A program made the position numbers and the translations under genes. Below are positions 44,005 to 56,385 of a stretch of 64,000 nt of DNA, in pieces; within the stretch, counting starts at the first letter, position 1; the number at the start of each line of letters is the position of its first letter. The notes beneath the pieces were generated by a model. It searched no databases, had not been told where the DNA came from, and saw only the letters and a program-made list of their open reading frames with translations. Source of the DNA: Chrysomallon squamiferum (taxonomy: Eukaryota; Animalia; Mollusca); the NCBI GenBank assembly GCA_012295275.1, contig CM022667.1, forward strand, positions 4,960,001 through 5,024,000, in the 5' to 3' direction.

Positions 44005-45619
44005 GCAAACACTGGAATATTTGTCAGGCCAGAAGAATCCACAGCGCTTCAGATTGTGTTATTTACTTCAGTACTGTGGAAACTGTCCTGCTTTTATTCT
44101 TTTTACATTAATACAGGGGGAACGTGAAAAGTGTTTTGCGATATCCCAGCGTACAGGGTGAAATACATATTTGTATGATATCTGGAACATGAAAGCAAAA
44201 TGATTTATATTAATATCTTGTCTAAATTTCAATTCTAATCTGAGCTAATTTAGTTGATCTCATCTGAGATATTGTTATTGTCTTTTTCTCTATCTATCTA
44301 TATCTATCTATCTATCTATCTGTCTATAACGTAACTTCCTTTTTATTGTTGATGGTAACGTCGTGACAGGTGTCACGGTGTCAGACCAAGTAACACGTCG
44401 GTGACGTCTGTCGGTACGTAGTTACGTTACAGCTGTTTGTTTGTCGTGCTGTTTATTGACCAGGTTCTGTTGCACCGCGGTTATCTCCGACAAAGCCTGG
44501 TTCTGCGACAAATCTATATTTGTTTCTGTTTATACCGTAGTTAACGTAAACACCCACTTCTTTTCAGTTCTCGTGTTAGATAATCTGGCGTGAATTAACG
44601 GGTGTTTTCACGTGGTTTACAATGAGCTAACGCTATCTCAGCCGACTATAACGTGTGATAGTAATAGAGATATTTATTTTTGTATTGTTACTGGGACGAG
44701 GTAATGATCTAATACAGAAAGGTGAATCCGAGTCGAATGTCCACACTTTCTAAAGCTCTACCGTTATTATTATTATTTTTTTTTTTTTTTCATGTGCCAA
44801 AGATATGTGCTTCCTCAGACAAAGATAATAAAATAAATAAATAAATAAAAGAAAATCCGTTACTATTTTTTTTATGGATTTTATATTAAAATGTCTTATT
44901 ATTTTTATTATTATTATTATTTCAGTTCAAGACACTGTAATTGTGAGTGATTTACTCTAGATTTTAATTTTCGTATTCAAAAAAATCGATCCACCTCGAC
45001 TTCAAAGACGATATTAGTTCTGGAAGCATTTTCTCTGTCTCTGTCTCTCTGCTATTCACGAGCAGATCCAAACAAAAGATGTTTTTCTCATTAAAGTAAG
45101 ATAAGTACAATCTGGGTATCTGTCTGCAGAGTTTAATCTTTATAACAATTAATCTGAAATTACAACGAACTGCGTAAAACCGAAAGGGAGATAATTCAGA
45201 AAATGATAGTAAAAAAAAAGCAGGATGAAAACGTGTTAAGTTTTTATTTCAGTATTTCAATTATTTTTACCGACAACCATCAGCCTTCAAGATATTATAA
45301 AATACACCTCAAAGTTGAGATTATTAAATATATCTATCTACCTATGAAGTCACTAATTTAGCGACCAAATTATTTGTCCTTTGGTTTAATCATGGCAGAA
45401 AATTCAGAGATCCCAAGGCAAATAAGTTTAAATGTATTTAATTACTAAATGTTTGAAAATAATCTGATTACATATTTTAACATTAGTTGTTGCTGAATAT
45501 CAGATGCACACTAAATCTTATGTAATCTTACTTGAGCGTGACTCAGAAAACTGTGTTAAGATTTGGTTATAATTCTTCTTCGATATGACTCAAGCCACTT
45601 ATAACAAACTACAGCCTTT

Positions 45620-45835
45620 GATGAACTAGATACAGCTACTTATGACACAAAATAAACTAGATAAAACTTTGATAAACTAGATACAGCTACTTATGACACA
45701 AAATAAACTAGATACAGCTACTTATGACACAAAATAAACTAGATACAGCTACTTATGACACAAAATAAACTAGATAAAACTTTGATAAACTAGATAAATC
45801 CGCTAGTAACGTATGAAAAACTAGATACAGCTAAA
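45620..45835. repeat. 31-bp tandem repeat (~4 full copies plus partial units)
   Basis: aaactagatacagctacttatgacacaaaat repeated, interrupted by aaactagataaaactttgat subunits. Confidence 0.9.
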
Positions 45836-46234
45836 AAGATAATATTAATTAACAGGAATACTGTGTCTGATTAGAGTATCGTTACTTCAAGTCGTTTAGT
45901 GAAAGCGTGTCTTTATGTTGTTGGGTTTCTATTTGGATATTGCCATGACGATGTCAGCTGACTGTTACGTCACAGTTTTATGAACTAGGTGATTTTTTTA
46001 TTGGAGATAAAAATGTTGGTGTCTTTTGAAACGGGGTGGTATCAAGAGGATTGGAATGAATTAAAATTCGTTTCTATTTTTAATTATTGATTTATTGTAG
46101 AGTAATAAAATAATAGATTATATCAGGTTTTATTGTTACAAAGGAAAAGTTGCAGAGAAAGACCTATGTAAATAAATAAAAAATAAATAATAAAAGTAAA
46201 AATAATTAAAAAATAAAATAATAATAGTAGTAGT

Positions 46235-46311
<77 letters not shown>

Positions 46312-46748
46312 GAAGACGAAGAAAACTAATTTTGAAAATTAGTTGTAGTACTTGAAGTAGTATCAGTATTATTAGTTGTAAATAAAAGTTTAAAAAATTA
46401 CAGACTAAGAGTAAATATACTCAAACGTATGCAATAAGACACACACATACCTACACAGTGACACACAGACACACATTCTGTCTCTAGCACACACACACAC
46501 ACACACACATACCTACACAGTGACACACAGACACATTCTGTCTCTGGCACACAAACACACACACACAAAAGAACGCTTCTGAGAGAGTTTAGACTACAGA
46601 ACAAAACACAGATTCTCCGCCTCAGTGATATGTTTTGTGACAGAAGTCGCGATGTCCCCTCACAGGTCACCTGCTTACTTTTACTTCTGTGGTTGAAAAA
46701 AAAATCTTCAATTGTCGTGAAGTATTCAGTTTCGTATGTAGTAGTCAG

Positions 46749-46786
<38 letters not shown>

Positions 46787-46955
46787 ATTGGATTAAAATA
46801 GAGATTACAGAAAATAACAACGTATGTTTACAAACTGATTGTGAAACGTGAACATTTCTAATTACCAGCATCGACAGCATCATTTAACATAACCATCAGC
46901 ATTGACAACGTCAGTTGTTTGATCTGCTTTATCTAATATCTCGAGAACAGCAAAG

Positions 46956-47001
<46 letters not shown>

Positions 47002-47439
47002 ATAATAATAAAAAAATAAAATAAATAAAAGATTAAAAAAAAAAAAAACGAAAAAAACAACAACATATTTTATTTCATACATTTGCAAGTGAATAAAACT
47101 ACAAGCTCTTTTGAAGTATCGCTACAACAAGAATGCAGTGTAATTAAAAACTATTTTAATATTTAATTTATTTTGATATACTTGAAATTCATTATAACAG
47201 TTTGTTTTTAGCTAACGACAGGTCGTCATGTGTATTAATTAACTCTGTCAATTATTCACGATGTACACCAGACGTCTCTTAGACAATTCATGCTTCCTGC
47301 ATACACAGGCGCCTTAGGTGTGTTTGTTTCGTTGTTTGATATTGGATAAAATTTCACCCGTTTCTAAGCGCTTCATTGATTGGTTTAATTCATAAACTCG
47401 TACGTGCAATAATTTTGCATTAGTTAGCACCTAAAATAA

Positions 47440-47478
<39 letters not shown>

Positions 47479-48270
47479 CAGTAATAGTAACAGTAACTAT
47501 AACAAGAAGATGAAGAAGAAGAAAAGAAGAGATTAAGAAGAACTTTATTAACTCATTCAACTTAATTTTACGAAAAGTGTTACGTTTCTCTCTTAATTTA
47601 TTTATTTCTTATTTTAATTATTTGCTTAACGGCCATGTAAATATTTAAATTTATTTGAGTTACCTTTTTTTTATTTCGTGCCTGAATTCATGATTCTTGT
47701 TATATGTATTATCATGATTGTTATGTTTACTATTACTATTACTATTACTATATCGTGATCATCATCAGCAGCTGCAGCAGCGGATCATCTTTATTACTGT
47801 TGCAGTTATCATCATCGTCATCATCATCATTATTAGGAGTTATTGTTATTCTGTTATTTTTGTGTTGTGTGTGTTGCTGTTGTGTTATTTCGTTGTGTTA
47901 TAAACATTATCTTACCTGTCAGCAGAAAGTGCATTACATTGAGGGTTGTTCAAGGGAAATAACTCTTGAAATATCATGTCTTGTGCTAAACAGAATTTTC
48001 TTTCTTGTTTTGACTCTGATATCTCATTCTTGTTCATCTTTCCTGCCGTTCCGTTCACATATCGTCTTTTCTCTCTTTCCTCCAGTTTTATTTCTCTCTC
48101 TGTCTCTCTTTCATAAACGCAGTCAACTTGAGACAGGGAGCACCAATCTACAAATGCAAACAAACACAGCAATCAGAATCAGATAAGTTTTCTTTTTTCT
48201 CTCTGTACCTCTCTCGCTCTATCTCTACTTCCGACTGTTGTCTATATGTTGGAATGTGTATGTATATATT

Positions 48271-48312
<42 letters not shown>

Positions 48313-48936
48313 CAGCTGCGCATGTACAGACACACAAAGTCACCTTGAATAGCTCGAGTGTTGATTTGTCGAGGCTTATCTTGTTTGTATGTTAGTAATA
48401 ATTAATAATAATGACTTTCAAATAATCAAACGTCAATACGTCAAAAACGTCTATTTATTAACAGTTGTTTTGCGGTCCCAGACTATTGATTTAATAAAAA
48501 TTAGCCTTCGAATGTTTAATTTCCGTTTCCTCGGTAAACACCGAACAATGCATCACTGATTAAGCGGAACTAAATATGCACGCCTCGTTTGCCTTATTTT
48601 ATTACTTTTTTTTTTTCCATCAGTGTTTTTGTCCTCTTTACATAACAATAATTGCAGACAGACTTCAAAGCACATTTATAGTTATGTGATGTAGTTCACT
48701 AATAGTGTTTGTTTTGCTTGCACACGAGTGTCAAACATGATTTTTTTTTTGCTATTCAAACGACAGTTAATGTTTAGACACACTACCAGTGACTACGTTA
48801 TATCAGATTTTGTTTTATCGAATTTAGTGAAGGACCCGGTGACGTGTGATCGCCAGCTCGGTTAATTATAAAAGTTTATGTTACCCAAGCAGCCTGTCAG
48901 AGATCTCGGTAATGGGGGTACATAACCGAAATGTCG

Positions 48937-49150
48937 ACAATGACAATGACTTTATTCTCACAAACTGTAGGATTACAGTACAGGGAAGAATGTATTATAC
49001 ATACATAACACAATAAAAATTAAAATACACAGAAGTAGAGGTATGAAAAAAAAATGTTGGCGACATAAAAATGTTGAGACAAAACACAAAGTGTTAAAGG
49101 AGGTGGAGACATGGTATTTGTATATACTTGAATAACTGCACCAACGCACT
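48937..49150 (-). mobile_element. Possible 3' end of a 5'-truncated non-LTR retroelement
   Basis: Minus strand ends in gagaataaagtcattgtcattgtc (AATAAA plus a short tandem tail), a pattern typical of LINE/SINE 3' ends. No RT coding remnant was recognised. Confidence 0.3.
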
Positions 49151-51602
49151 TTTGTATGTATGTATGTATATGATGTATGTATGTATGTGTATCTGTTTAT
49201 TTGTATGTATGAGTGTGTGTTACTAAAATCACCATATAGTCTTAGAAGTTTTAGGGATATGATTGTATGTGTGTGTTGTCAGTATTTTTTGTGCATTTTA
49301 TATATATATATATATATGTTTACATTGCAGTATTATCTAGTTGATCTATACACGTGTGTCTATGCGTGTGTATTTGTATGTATGTTTAATTGTTAGTACA
49401 TGTATTATCTACATTTATCACTTTGTATGTAGTCACGGGACCCACACCATTAAACGTCTAGGATGTTGTATTGAGTAACAAGGTACTTTAATAGTCACCT
49501 AAGGCTAAACTGACAGCAGTCTATATCAGTCAGTCAGTCTATATCAGTCAATAAGTCTATATCAGTCAATAAGTCTATCTATCCACAAGAGAAATAAACA
49601 CAACGCAAGTTGAGGTTCACTTTAATTATTTAATTATGATATACGGATGACTTGATAATAATACACTATACAACTGATAAGACATATATTTTAGTAATTT
49701 TGATTAATGATACGAGAAAGGTCAAACGGGGAAACAAGACAAAATAAGAACCTGCACGGAGGTCAGATTAAACAATTAAAATTTTAAATACATTAAATGT
49801 TATTGACGTAGGTTAATTGCACATTACACGCTATCAAAATAAGAATAGACAATTGCTTACCATACTCGTCCGTGAAGACAACGTCATTCAAAAACATTGG
49901 TTTCCCCGCCTGACTGAATTCTCGTGTTGGCCTTTTCCTTCGCTGCTTAATTACCAAGTGCCGGCTCTTTTAAAACAACGAGTTGAAAACTGGTGGCAAA
50001 AATAAAAAGCGCGGATGTGATTGAAGTAACAATTAGTTACGCAATTTAAATTCCATGACAAAAATAAACAGGCGGATGTCGCATAAAGATACATTTATTA
50101 TGCAATCTGAATTCAGTGACCTATGCATATCTGTATTTGTGTGTGTGTGTGTGTGTCTGTGTGTGTGTGTGTATATGTATATGTATGTATATATATATAT
50201 ATATGTCTGTGTGTGTGTGTGTGTCTGTTTGTGTGTGTATGTTTGTTTGTGTGTGTTTTTGATGTATGTTTATGCGTTATTACAAGCATTATCGTATTTT
50301 AGCACATGTATTAAACATGTACAGGTTGATTTGTTTATCTATATATACTTGACTTTATCTTTCGGAAACGTACACTTTTGCTCTTCACAATCCAGATACA
50401 ACGTTACAGCTTAATACCAAACACATCCAGCAATACATGCGTGTTCAGAAACAGTCTATAAATAACTCAGTGAGAAAACAATTATCAGTTCTGAAATGAA
50501 TATTTAAACGCCGAGCTAACTTTTATGTTATTATTATTTTTTCTGTTTGAATGTACAAGTAAATGATCCATTGCTACTAATGGATAACTGAATGGCGTCA
50601 GTTTTTGAAGAGTTCAAAGTTTAATTCAGAAGTAAACACGTGTTTTATGTGTCTAATAGCAGATACTTGAAATGTGGTTTAGATTTGAAAAGAGAAAATA
50701 AATGTGGAGGAACGTGAAATATACATACAGACAGACAGACACACATACATGCATGCATAGATACATACATATTATCTATGTGTATATGCATACATATTAC
50801 GTATATATACATACATGCAAATATACATAAACAAAGAGAGATATCTATCTATCTATATATATATACATACACACACACACACACTACATACATACATACA
50901 TACATACATACATACATACATACATACATACATACATACATGTGTATATGAGCTTCTTTTTCCTGATACTTTTATCAGAATAATGTTAGGTTATCAAACG
51001 TTGTATTTGCTTGTTGGCCGAGATTTATAATTTATTTGATTAAATACGGTAATGTTTTTTCTTCTGATGTTTATTTCGGGCGTATGCAACTCCCTGCATC
51101 ACGAGAATCCAGCCACGTGACCGCGCTCGGCTCAGACATGTGAGAGAGGTAAGGCAGACTAACCTGAACGGCAGCAAACAACCACCGTCAACTGCGCATT
51201 TTCTGTGTCTTTTGTTAGTTTCGTGTCAGCAGACGGAGAAAAGGGACATTATAAAAATTGTTACCGGGAAAAGCTGAAAGGTGAGCAGATGTAAAAAAAT
51301 AATCTTCCGTTTAAAAACAGACGTAAAAGCATGAACTCGAAAAATTCGCATTATTTTAAAAAATTTGTTGTACTCATAGTTCAAAAATGTTATGCGTAAT
51401 CAGATCGATTAGGGAGAAGCTCTGGCAGAAAGTGCTTTGATTATATTAATTAATTTCAGGTGAATGTTGTCCGTTTTAAAATAAAACTTTTAAGCACGAC
51501 TATTTTGACACCTTCGAGGAATCTGATGTATCGCTAATTCTTCTGTATGAATATTAATTATTATTTTTAAATATTTATCTTTCAAATCGATCTAAGATAA
51601 AA

Positions 51603-51664
<62 letters not shown>

Positions 51665-53573
51665 TACATACATACATACATGTATACAAATATACATGTA
51701 TACATACGTACATACATACAACACGTACATATGGACATGCATACAAACAAATTATAACAGCTATAGCTTCTTTTTTTTTTCTTTTTTTTCTGCTCTGACG
51801 TTTCATTGAATGACACAGACACGGTTGTGTAAGTTTGCCTAAAGCATATTTAAAGATCTGATCCAGTTAAAGGTGCATATATTTGCAAAGTGTGAGTCAA
51901 CATTAACATGCATAATTATAGGAGAGCGTTGTAACAACAAAACTGAATACGTAGGCAGGAAATTTTGTAATTTGTGGTCGAGGTTGACTCATATTAAATC
52001 AATTCTACACAGAATGTTGTTTATTCCCGAAGCGCCAGCCTTTCACAGTGCGAAGTGCTAATATCGAGTAACAGATGTTGTCGTCGTCGTTGTTGTTGTC
52101 GTTGTTATCGTTGTTACGGTGATTTTCAAGGTTTTATTGCTTTTATTCTTTTAATAAAGAAACGGGATGTTACCAAAGTAGTTAGTGCAAGTCAGATATT
52201 CAGTGAAAAACAGTGGTATGTACAGTCCTGTCATTTTAAAACGAACGAGAATTTACTGCTGTTTCGTAAACATTTTTTCTTTCTTTTCTTTTTAAAAAAT
52301 ATTCAAGATCGTTACTGTTCTGTTAGTGTAATAAGATTCTTAATTCAGACTTGCACTGAAAGTTTTGTTTTTCATCACTATAGCAGTTAATTTACCTGTA
52401 CAGAGCAGATGCTTGCTAATAATTACACACTTGGTATTCCTTCCTTCCTTCCTTCTGCTATCGCAGCCTTTTCATAATCTGGGCTTTGCTAAACCGATCC
52501 ATCCAGACAAATGATTTCAGAGATGATTTTAAAAATATTTGTATATAAACACAGAAAAGCAACTTACTGGCAGTGTTAAAGAATAGCGTTGTGTATACAG
52601 TTTCTTCTTCAAACTTTGGAAGTCTTGTTTTACAACACTAAAGTAAAATAGCTTCTTTCAATGACTTCTGAAATGGAGAGAAAAAAGTAATAAAAAAGCA
52701 AACAAAATAAAATAAAATTCACTGTAATCAGTATGAATAAAGACAACCGAAACAACAACAACAACAACAAAACAACAACAAAACAACCTACCAAAGAAAA
52801 AACAAATACGATAATGATAATAATACAAAACAACCACTACCACAAGAACTAAACCAAAAAAACAACAACAAAAAAAAACCACTTGATTAGCAGATGGCCA
52901 AATAAGAATATTTTATACAGAATAATGTTTATCGTGAATAATGATAATTAGAAAAAAAAAAAAAAAAATAAAAAAAAAAAAAGGAGAAAGAAAAGCTAAT
53001 GGTTAAAACAAAATGGAAATGATCTGAATTCATCAACAAAATTGTTTAATTTTGGAAAGTTTTATTTATAACTCTTATCAAGTGTAAAGAACAACAGGTG
53101 GAAGTAATAACTGAACGTGATAAATGAGTGTTTGGAAACGTTAGTCATTTATGTACATATGTTAACATATTGGCAAAACGCCATATCGCCTATTACAGCA
53201 ATACTGAACGTAGCTAGTGCTAGTAGTAATATATTAATGCTGAATAATAATGAAAATAAAAATAAAAATAATAATTATAAAAATAATGATTATGATAATA
53301 ATAATGAAATATACTACTACTGTTGTTGTTGTTGTTATTAAATCAAATCCTTAGGATATTCAAGAATGCATTGCAGATGAAGTAGAGCCAGAAATGATTT
53401 ATGCATTTGATGTTAAAGCCGTTTAATATCGAACTGTATTGACGTGCTACTAAATATGAAGACATCAGCAAAACGACAAATGAAGTTATTTTTAATAAAT
53501 GTCTGTTTTATTTCTGTAGGATTCAGAGAGGTGTAAAGCAACCAGAGATAAAAAAAAAAAAAAAAAATTCTGG

Positions 53574-55859
53574 ATGGATTCCACAGAAAAGGTCACGGAA
53601 GAGAACCAGGAAGGTGATCACAGTAGTAAAACGGTTTCCAGTTCTATCAAAGAGTTTAACGTCAGCACTGATCTTGTTCCTAATGGCAACCAAAGAGATG
53701 ACGTAGAAAATGTTGACCAAAATCGGAACTGCTTGATGTTGCTGACCTCAGCAAAGACGAAAATGAAAATAGAAGTAAAGAAAATGAAGAGAGAGCACTG
53801 TCAACTGACTTTGCCTTCAGAGTGAAAGTGAACGATGAAAACAGTTTCACTCCAGCAGAAACGGAGTCGGTGCTGCCTGATTCCAGAGACGACCAGATGA
53901 CGTCCGAAATGTCCGTTGAACTGAATTCACAAAACGAAACGGACAAGAATGAAGCAGATCAAGCTGCCAGTGATAACGTGGAAGAAACGGGTAAAGCTGA
54001 TGTGGAATCTGAAGACGCAGTAGAAATGGAGTCAGAGATTCCTGGAACAGTTTCTGTTGGTGATCAGACGACTGGTGAAACTATTGCTGATGAAATTGCT
54101 GCTGCAAAAGCCGTTGAATCAACTGACGATCAAACAGCTGCTGAAAGAAATGCCGATGCAACAGAGGAAACAATTCCCGATCAAGCAGCGGCTGCAACAA
54201 CAAATGCCGATGAAACCGTTGCTGAAACGAACGCCGATGAAAAGACTGCGGAAACGAACGCCGATGAAATAGCTACTGAAACGAATGTCTATGAAACAGC
54301 AGCGAACGTAACGCAAACAGCTGATGAAACAGTTACCGATCAAGCAGCTGCGGAAAAAATTACCGATCAAGCAGCTGCGGAAACAAATGCCGATGAAACA
54401 GCTGCAGAAACGAACGCCGATGAAATAGATGTGGAAACGATCGCCGATGAAGTAGCTGTGGAAACGAAAGCTGATGAAACAGCTGCGATAAAGAACGTCG
54501 ATCAAACGGCTGCTGAACCAAATGCCGATGAAACAGCAGTGGTAACGAACGCCAAAAATGGCTGATGAAACGATGAAATTACCTATCGAACGCTGGTGAA
54601 ACAGCTGCGATAAGGAAACAATTGCTGATCAAACAGCTGCGGAATCATATGCCAATGAAAGAGCTGCGGAAACGAACGCCGATGAAATGGCTGCGGAAAC
54701 GAACGCCGATGAAATGGCTGCGGAAACGAACGCTGGTGAAACAGCTGCGATAAGGAACGCCGATCAAACGGCTGAGGAAAGAGTTGCTGATCAAGCAGCT
54801 GAGGAACTAGTTGCTGATCAAGAAGCTGAGGAAACAGTTGCTGATCAAACAGCTGAGGAAACAGTTGCCGATCAAGCAGCTGAGGAACTAGTTGTCGATC
54901 AAGCAGCTGAAGAAATAGTTGCCGATGAAACAGCGGAGGAAATAGTTGCTGATCAAACAGCTGAGGAAACAGTTGCTGATCAAGCAGCTGAGGAAACAAT
55001 TGCCGATCAAGCAGCTGAGGAAATTGTTGCTGATCAAACAGCTGAGATAAGGAACGCCGATCCAATAGCTGCTGAAACAAATGCCGATCAAACAGCTGAG
55101 ATAAGGAACGCCGATGAAATAGCTGCTGAAACAAATGCCGATCAAACAGCTGAGATAAGGAACGCCGATGAAATAGCTGCTGAAACAAATGCCGATGAAA
55201 TAGCTGCTGAAACAAATGCCGATGAAACGGCTGCGGTGATGAACGCCGATAACACAGCTCTTGAATCCAGTATTATTGCTGATGTCAGACTAGTTACTGA
55301 AGCTGCTTCTGTTGAAAACGGTATTGAAAAGACAAATGACGAAATAGTACCAGACAAATCAGTTGAGATAAAAGAAATTAATTCAGCTGTAACGGAAGCA
55401 GAAAAGCATGATGTTGAGGAGAAAATGGAGTCTGAAGTGTACAAACCAGAAGAATCACAACAGCAAGAAAACAAAGACGGAGATTTCAGTGTATCAGAGG
55501 CTGAACTACAGATAACACAAGTCAAAGAGAACAATTCTCTTCCTGTAGATGGTGATAAACCCAAGTCTGACATAGCCACACCAGACGATTCGAAAGACTC
55601 TCCACAACAGGAAGAGATGAAAACTGTTCTCGATGTTTCGAACTCTGAACCACCTTCGGAAGTCCAGAATTCCGAACAAGAGAAGGAAATCCACGTTGAA
55701 GATGTTGTCGTGTCAGGCGATGTTGTTAGTGCAGGTAAAGAAGCAGACACAAAGATGGAAGGAACAACTGCAGTTGTTGACGTACACGAAGAGAAGGACG
55801 AACCGACAACGTCTGAAAAGATGGATGTAGAATCGGCGTCAAGTAAAGAGATGGCAGGT
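53574..55859 (+). CDS. GIMAP-Hint protein, large coding exon: ~760-aa acidic Ala/Glu/Thr/Asp-rich repeat region (with frameshifts)
   Basis: Acceptor ctgtag at 53519, ATG at 53574. ORFs 53574, 53822 and 54687 join through indels at ~53722 and 54550-54670. 9-10 aa repeats (AETNADETA, ADQAAEETV). The donor GGT|gtaagt is phase 0 and matches the acceptor at 56385/56386. Confidence 0.7.
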
Positions 55860-56385
55860 GTAAGTAAATTTATACAAAATAAGATAATTTATGACTGGTG
55901 TAACTGTAATGGGATGAATTTTGAATTTTAGAGATCGATAGTTCAGTTTCGAAATATTATGCAAATAACCTTTTTTAGATTCATTAATCCTTTGTTCATC
56001 CCACATTATGTAATTTATTTATTTTTAATTTTTTTTTTAAACCAGTGATGCATAATTTTACGCATATTATAATAATCAGCACAAGATTATGATACTGAAC
56101 AACTTTTTAAATTTAAATCATTTAATTTCCATTTGGTTTGTGTATTATAATGTTAAAATATTTAAACTCTTACACGTTCCTTTAACGTTTTCAATATTTT
56201 AGACATTTATCATGAAAACTGACATTATTTCTTAATTTCTGTTTTTTTTTTTTTTTTTTAAACATACTACTATATAGCTATTTTAATTTAAATTGTAAAC
56301 ATCACTTGTTAGTATACTTTTACACGTAATTTTGTTGTTGTGTATCAGTAAATATTCGGTTATGTGCTCTGTTTACTATTTACAG

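Noticed and set aside
54119-55750. Minus-strand repeat ORFs (e.g. FPQLLDQQL repeats)
   Set aside because: Antisense of the coding minisatellite; splice signals support the + strand.
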